The translations under genes were made by a program, and so were the position numbers. DNA of 44,915 nucleotides from a virus (lineage: Duplodnaviria > Caudoviricetes), in IMG/VR virus record IMGVR_UViG_3300049191_000043, positions 1 to 44,915 of that record. One strand, written 5' to 3'. A model generated the notes under the pieces. That model was not told the DNA's origin. It did no database searches and worked only from the letters and a program-made list of their open reading frames with translations. Below are positions 42,716 through 44,915 of this stretch, piece after piece (positions within the stretch are counted from its first letter, which is position 1; each line of letters opens with the position of its first letter).

Positions 42716-44915
42716 TTAAGCGCGCAGTCTGAATCTCAACGGCACGACTGCGGTTTGAACCGGGCTCGGAATCCCCTGATCCGTTCTAATCTCTACTTCA
42801 ATCGTAGGCGTCTCTCCATTCGAGACGCCGGTACTGAATATGGGAAAAGAGTTGGACGCGCGATAGAACCAAACCGAACCAGACGACGTTAGATTTGTCA
42901 GAGAGTCACCCGACTGCGCTCCAGTACCCGCCGAAGCATTCACCAGATTGCGCTCGCCAGCGATTTTCATATTGATCGTGGCGGCGATGTTCGTGGTGCT
43001 GGTGTGGTCGCTCTCCAGCAAAACAGGCCAGTTGTCAAACTGACTTAGTTTGAACGTCAGGCTTGCTCCAGTATACACCGATGTCGGGGTGAATTTGGCA
43101 ACACTGAGACGCCCTATAAGGCTGCCAGGAGCAGGCTTAACGGTCGCTGACGAGGTAGCGACATAAGCCCGCTTTGTGAAGGAATAGAGGGGCGCTCGCG
43201 CCGGGGCCTGATTCAGGTCTTCAAGTTGCGCCGCCGTCCCGGTGCAGTTCGTCACCGTCACATCTGGACACGGATGTACCTTGATCCGTTGAACCGTAAT
43301 CGGCCAGCTCGTCGTGCTCTGGAACTGGACGTAAAAATACGTTCCATCCGAGTAAACATCGACGACCCTATCAATTATCTTGTCGTCAAAGGTGACCCAT
43401 GTGCCGGGAGCTAGGCATCTCAAAATGTTGGCTTGACCGGGGTTGCCTGACGATGTGTTTTCCGACAACAAAACTCGGACGACGCCGCCAACGAATGTAT
43501 AAAAATCACTTGCGTTGGTTGCCGTGCCAGAGCCATCCAAATCATCGGTCTGCGCTCTGGCATCCGCAATGGTCGCTATTCCAGTACAGTTATTGATGAC
43601 GGCCCGATCTTGTCGGCCGTAGGACGAGATACCGAATGTCAGAGACGCCGTGCCCGTGAAGGCCACATTGTTCATCTCGAAATATCGGCCGCCGCGCGCC
43701 TGTTCGATCGTCCCCCCGTTAATATAGGTATATCGTGGAGAGACGGACTGTTGGACGAATCCCTTCAGCGTGCAATTAGTCCAGGTAACCGTTCCGACGT
43801 TTTTATCGACCTCTAGAAGCTGCGGATACACGCAGCTCGTCGCCGTGAAGGTGTCGTTTGTCGATGGGTAAAGGCCAGGACCGTCACAAACGATGTTGTT
43901 CAAAACAACATGACGAATTGATGCGCCCATTTGATTGTTTGGGCTATACAGCGTCATATTCTCCAGCGTGACGGTCGTGTCAAACCCGTCAGGCGCGATC
44001 CACATCGTAGCCGGACCGCCCTGATCGGAGCCAAATTGTGTGGTGCGAATGCCGAACTCTGGATATGTGCTATAATACGACTGCGTAAGGGGCGATTCTA
44101 AAGTGACTTCCCCCGTGCCTGAGTTGTACGCCGTGATCGTCCGCCATTCATAAAAATGATTATTCGGCGGGTAGCCTTGGAATGAGTTGTATTGGCCCTG
44201 TATGTCGTAGCAGGCAATCAAACATGCCCGACCAACGACCACGCGGGATCCGAAAGTAGCGCCGCCCGAATCAGTCCCACTTGGGTTGGACAGGAAAACA
44301 GACATAGCGCCAGCGAAAGCGGTTTGAAGGCGGACGCTGTTGCCGCCAGCCCGCTCAAGGCCAGCATTCGCTACAATCGCCGGGTCTGTTCCAAACCGGA
44401 ATTCGCCCGAATTTAGCTGGTAGAGCCCACAGGCGGCAGCATTGCCGGATATGCCGGTTATTTTAGGATTGTTGCCACAAAGGTAGTGTACTGTTTGACC
44501 GGAGCCCTGCCTGCCCTTCCATGCATAGAAACCGTCAGGGACTTGCAGGATAGGCGGGTCAGCGGGGTTTGTTTGCGACTGAGCGTAAGCACGCCAAGAA
44601 CCGCTCGCGCCTGTAAAGGCATTTGTGTTGTCTGTGCCCCAAACGATGTTCGTTGAGGTCGCGCTTAGAGTCTGAGTGCAGTTGTCAGCAAGGACTACGT
44701 GAGTGCTGTCGGTAAAGGTGGCAATGGTGCTTTGAAAATTACTGGCACCAAACGGCGACGCCCATAGAGAGATCGCCTTGCCGACATCTCCAGAGGAGAA
44801 TATTGCCGTGCCTACAGCAAGGTTCTTGGTCCCGGAGGTGATTGTTGTGCTTACACCTTGAGCGCCCTGGGCATCGCCGACTGCTCCGAAATCGCTAACT
44901 AGATTTACTGTAGGC
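42716..44915 (-). CDS. Tailspike/depolymerase-like beta-helix protein (733 aa in total, start at 162 across the junction)
   Basis: No stop between 44915 and 44305 in this frame. N-terminal VN..DFGAVGD...GTDNT.AF pectate-lyase-3-like motif and Asn/Cys/Thr ladder repeats. Confidence 0.8.
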   Translation of the reverse strand, partial: PTVNLVSDFGAVGDAQGAQGVSTTITSGTKNLAVGTAIFSSGDVGKAISLWASPFGASNFQSTIATFTDSTHVVLADNCTQTLSATSTNIVWGTDNTNAFTGASGSWRAYAQSQTNPADPPILQVPDGFYAWKGRQGSGQTVHYLCGNNPKITGISGNAAACGLYQLNSGEFRFGTDPAIVANAGLERAGGNSVRLQTAFAGAMSVFLSNPSGTDSGGATFGSRVVVGRACLIACYDIQGQYNSFQGYPPNNHFYEWRTITAYNSGTGEVTLESPLTQSYYSTYPEFGIRTTQFGSDQGGPATMWIAPDGFDTTVTLENMTLYSPNNQMGASIRHVVLNNIVCDGPGLYPSTNDTFTATSCVYPQLLEVDKNVGTVTWTNCTLKGFVQQSVSPRYTYINGGTIEQARGGRYFEMNNVAFTGTASLTFGISSYGRQDRAVINNCTGIATIADARAQTDDLDGSGTATNASDFYTFVGGVVRVLLSENTSSGNPGQANILRCLAPGTWVTFDDKIIDRVVDVYSDGTYFYVQFQSTTSWPITVQRIKVHPCPDVTVTNCTGTAAQLEDLNQAPARAPLYSFTKRAYVATSSATVKPAPGSLIGRLSVAKFTPTSVYTGASLTFKLSQFDNWPVLLESDHTSTTNIAATINMKIAGERNLVNASAGTGAQSGDSLTNLTSSGSVWFYRASNSFPIFSTGVSNGETPTIEVEIRTDQGIPSPVQTAVVPLRFRLRA
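44756..44915. repeat. Terminal direct repeat, right copy (circular overlap)
   Basis: Matches 1-160 with one mismatch. Confidence 0.97.

Overview
The window is one complete, circularly permuted genome of a temperate podovirus-type phage. The unit length is 44,755 bp, because bases 1-160 are repeated at 44756-44915 with one synonymous mismatch. The host is probably an alphaproteobacterium (Rhizobiales/Bradyrhizobium-like); this is inferred from gene content and an anti-SD 'cuckoo'-type hairpin. The minus strand carries cro, a CII-like gene, replication genes (an O-like initiator with internal iterons), a Q-like late regulator, HNH, terS/terL, portal, scaffold, capsid, tail adaptor and nozzle, three ejection proteins, a tail fibre, an M15 endolysin/holin/spanin cassette, a post-lysis enzyme cluster and three extra virion/receptor-binding genes. 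One of these three, a 733-aa tailspike-like ORF, crosses the window junction. The plus strand carries a cI repressor without a peptidase domain, a recombination module, an accessory array of small genes (including two MTases), xis/int, a candidate attP and a further gene block (Mom-like protein, RNA-ligase-like protein). The main unexplained signals are: (i) accessory genes framed by repeated boundary sequences, like a gene-cassette array; (ii) a highly structured ~220-nt non-coding segment between the HNH gene and the packaging genes; (iii) a cuckoo-like sRNA; (iv) a coupled glycosyltransferase/phosphoesterase/Zn-ribbon/DUF6378 cluster; (v) virion accessory proteins with short C-terminal hydrophobic tags. 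All family names come from motif recognition by eye; no database searches were run.
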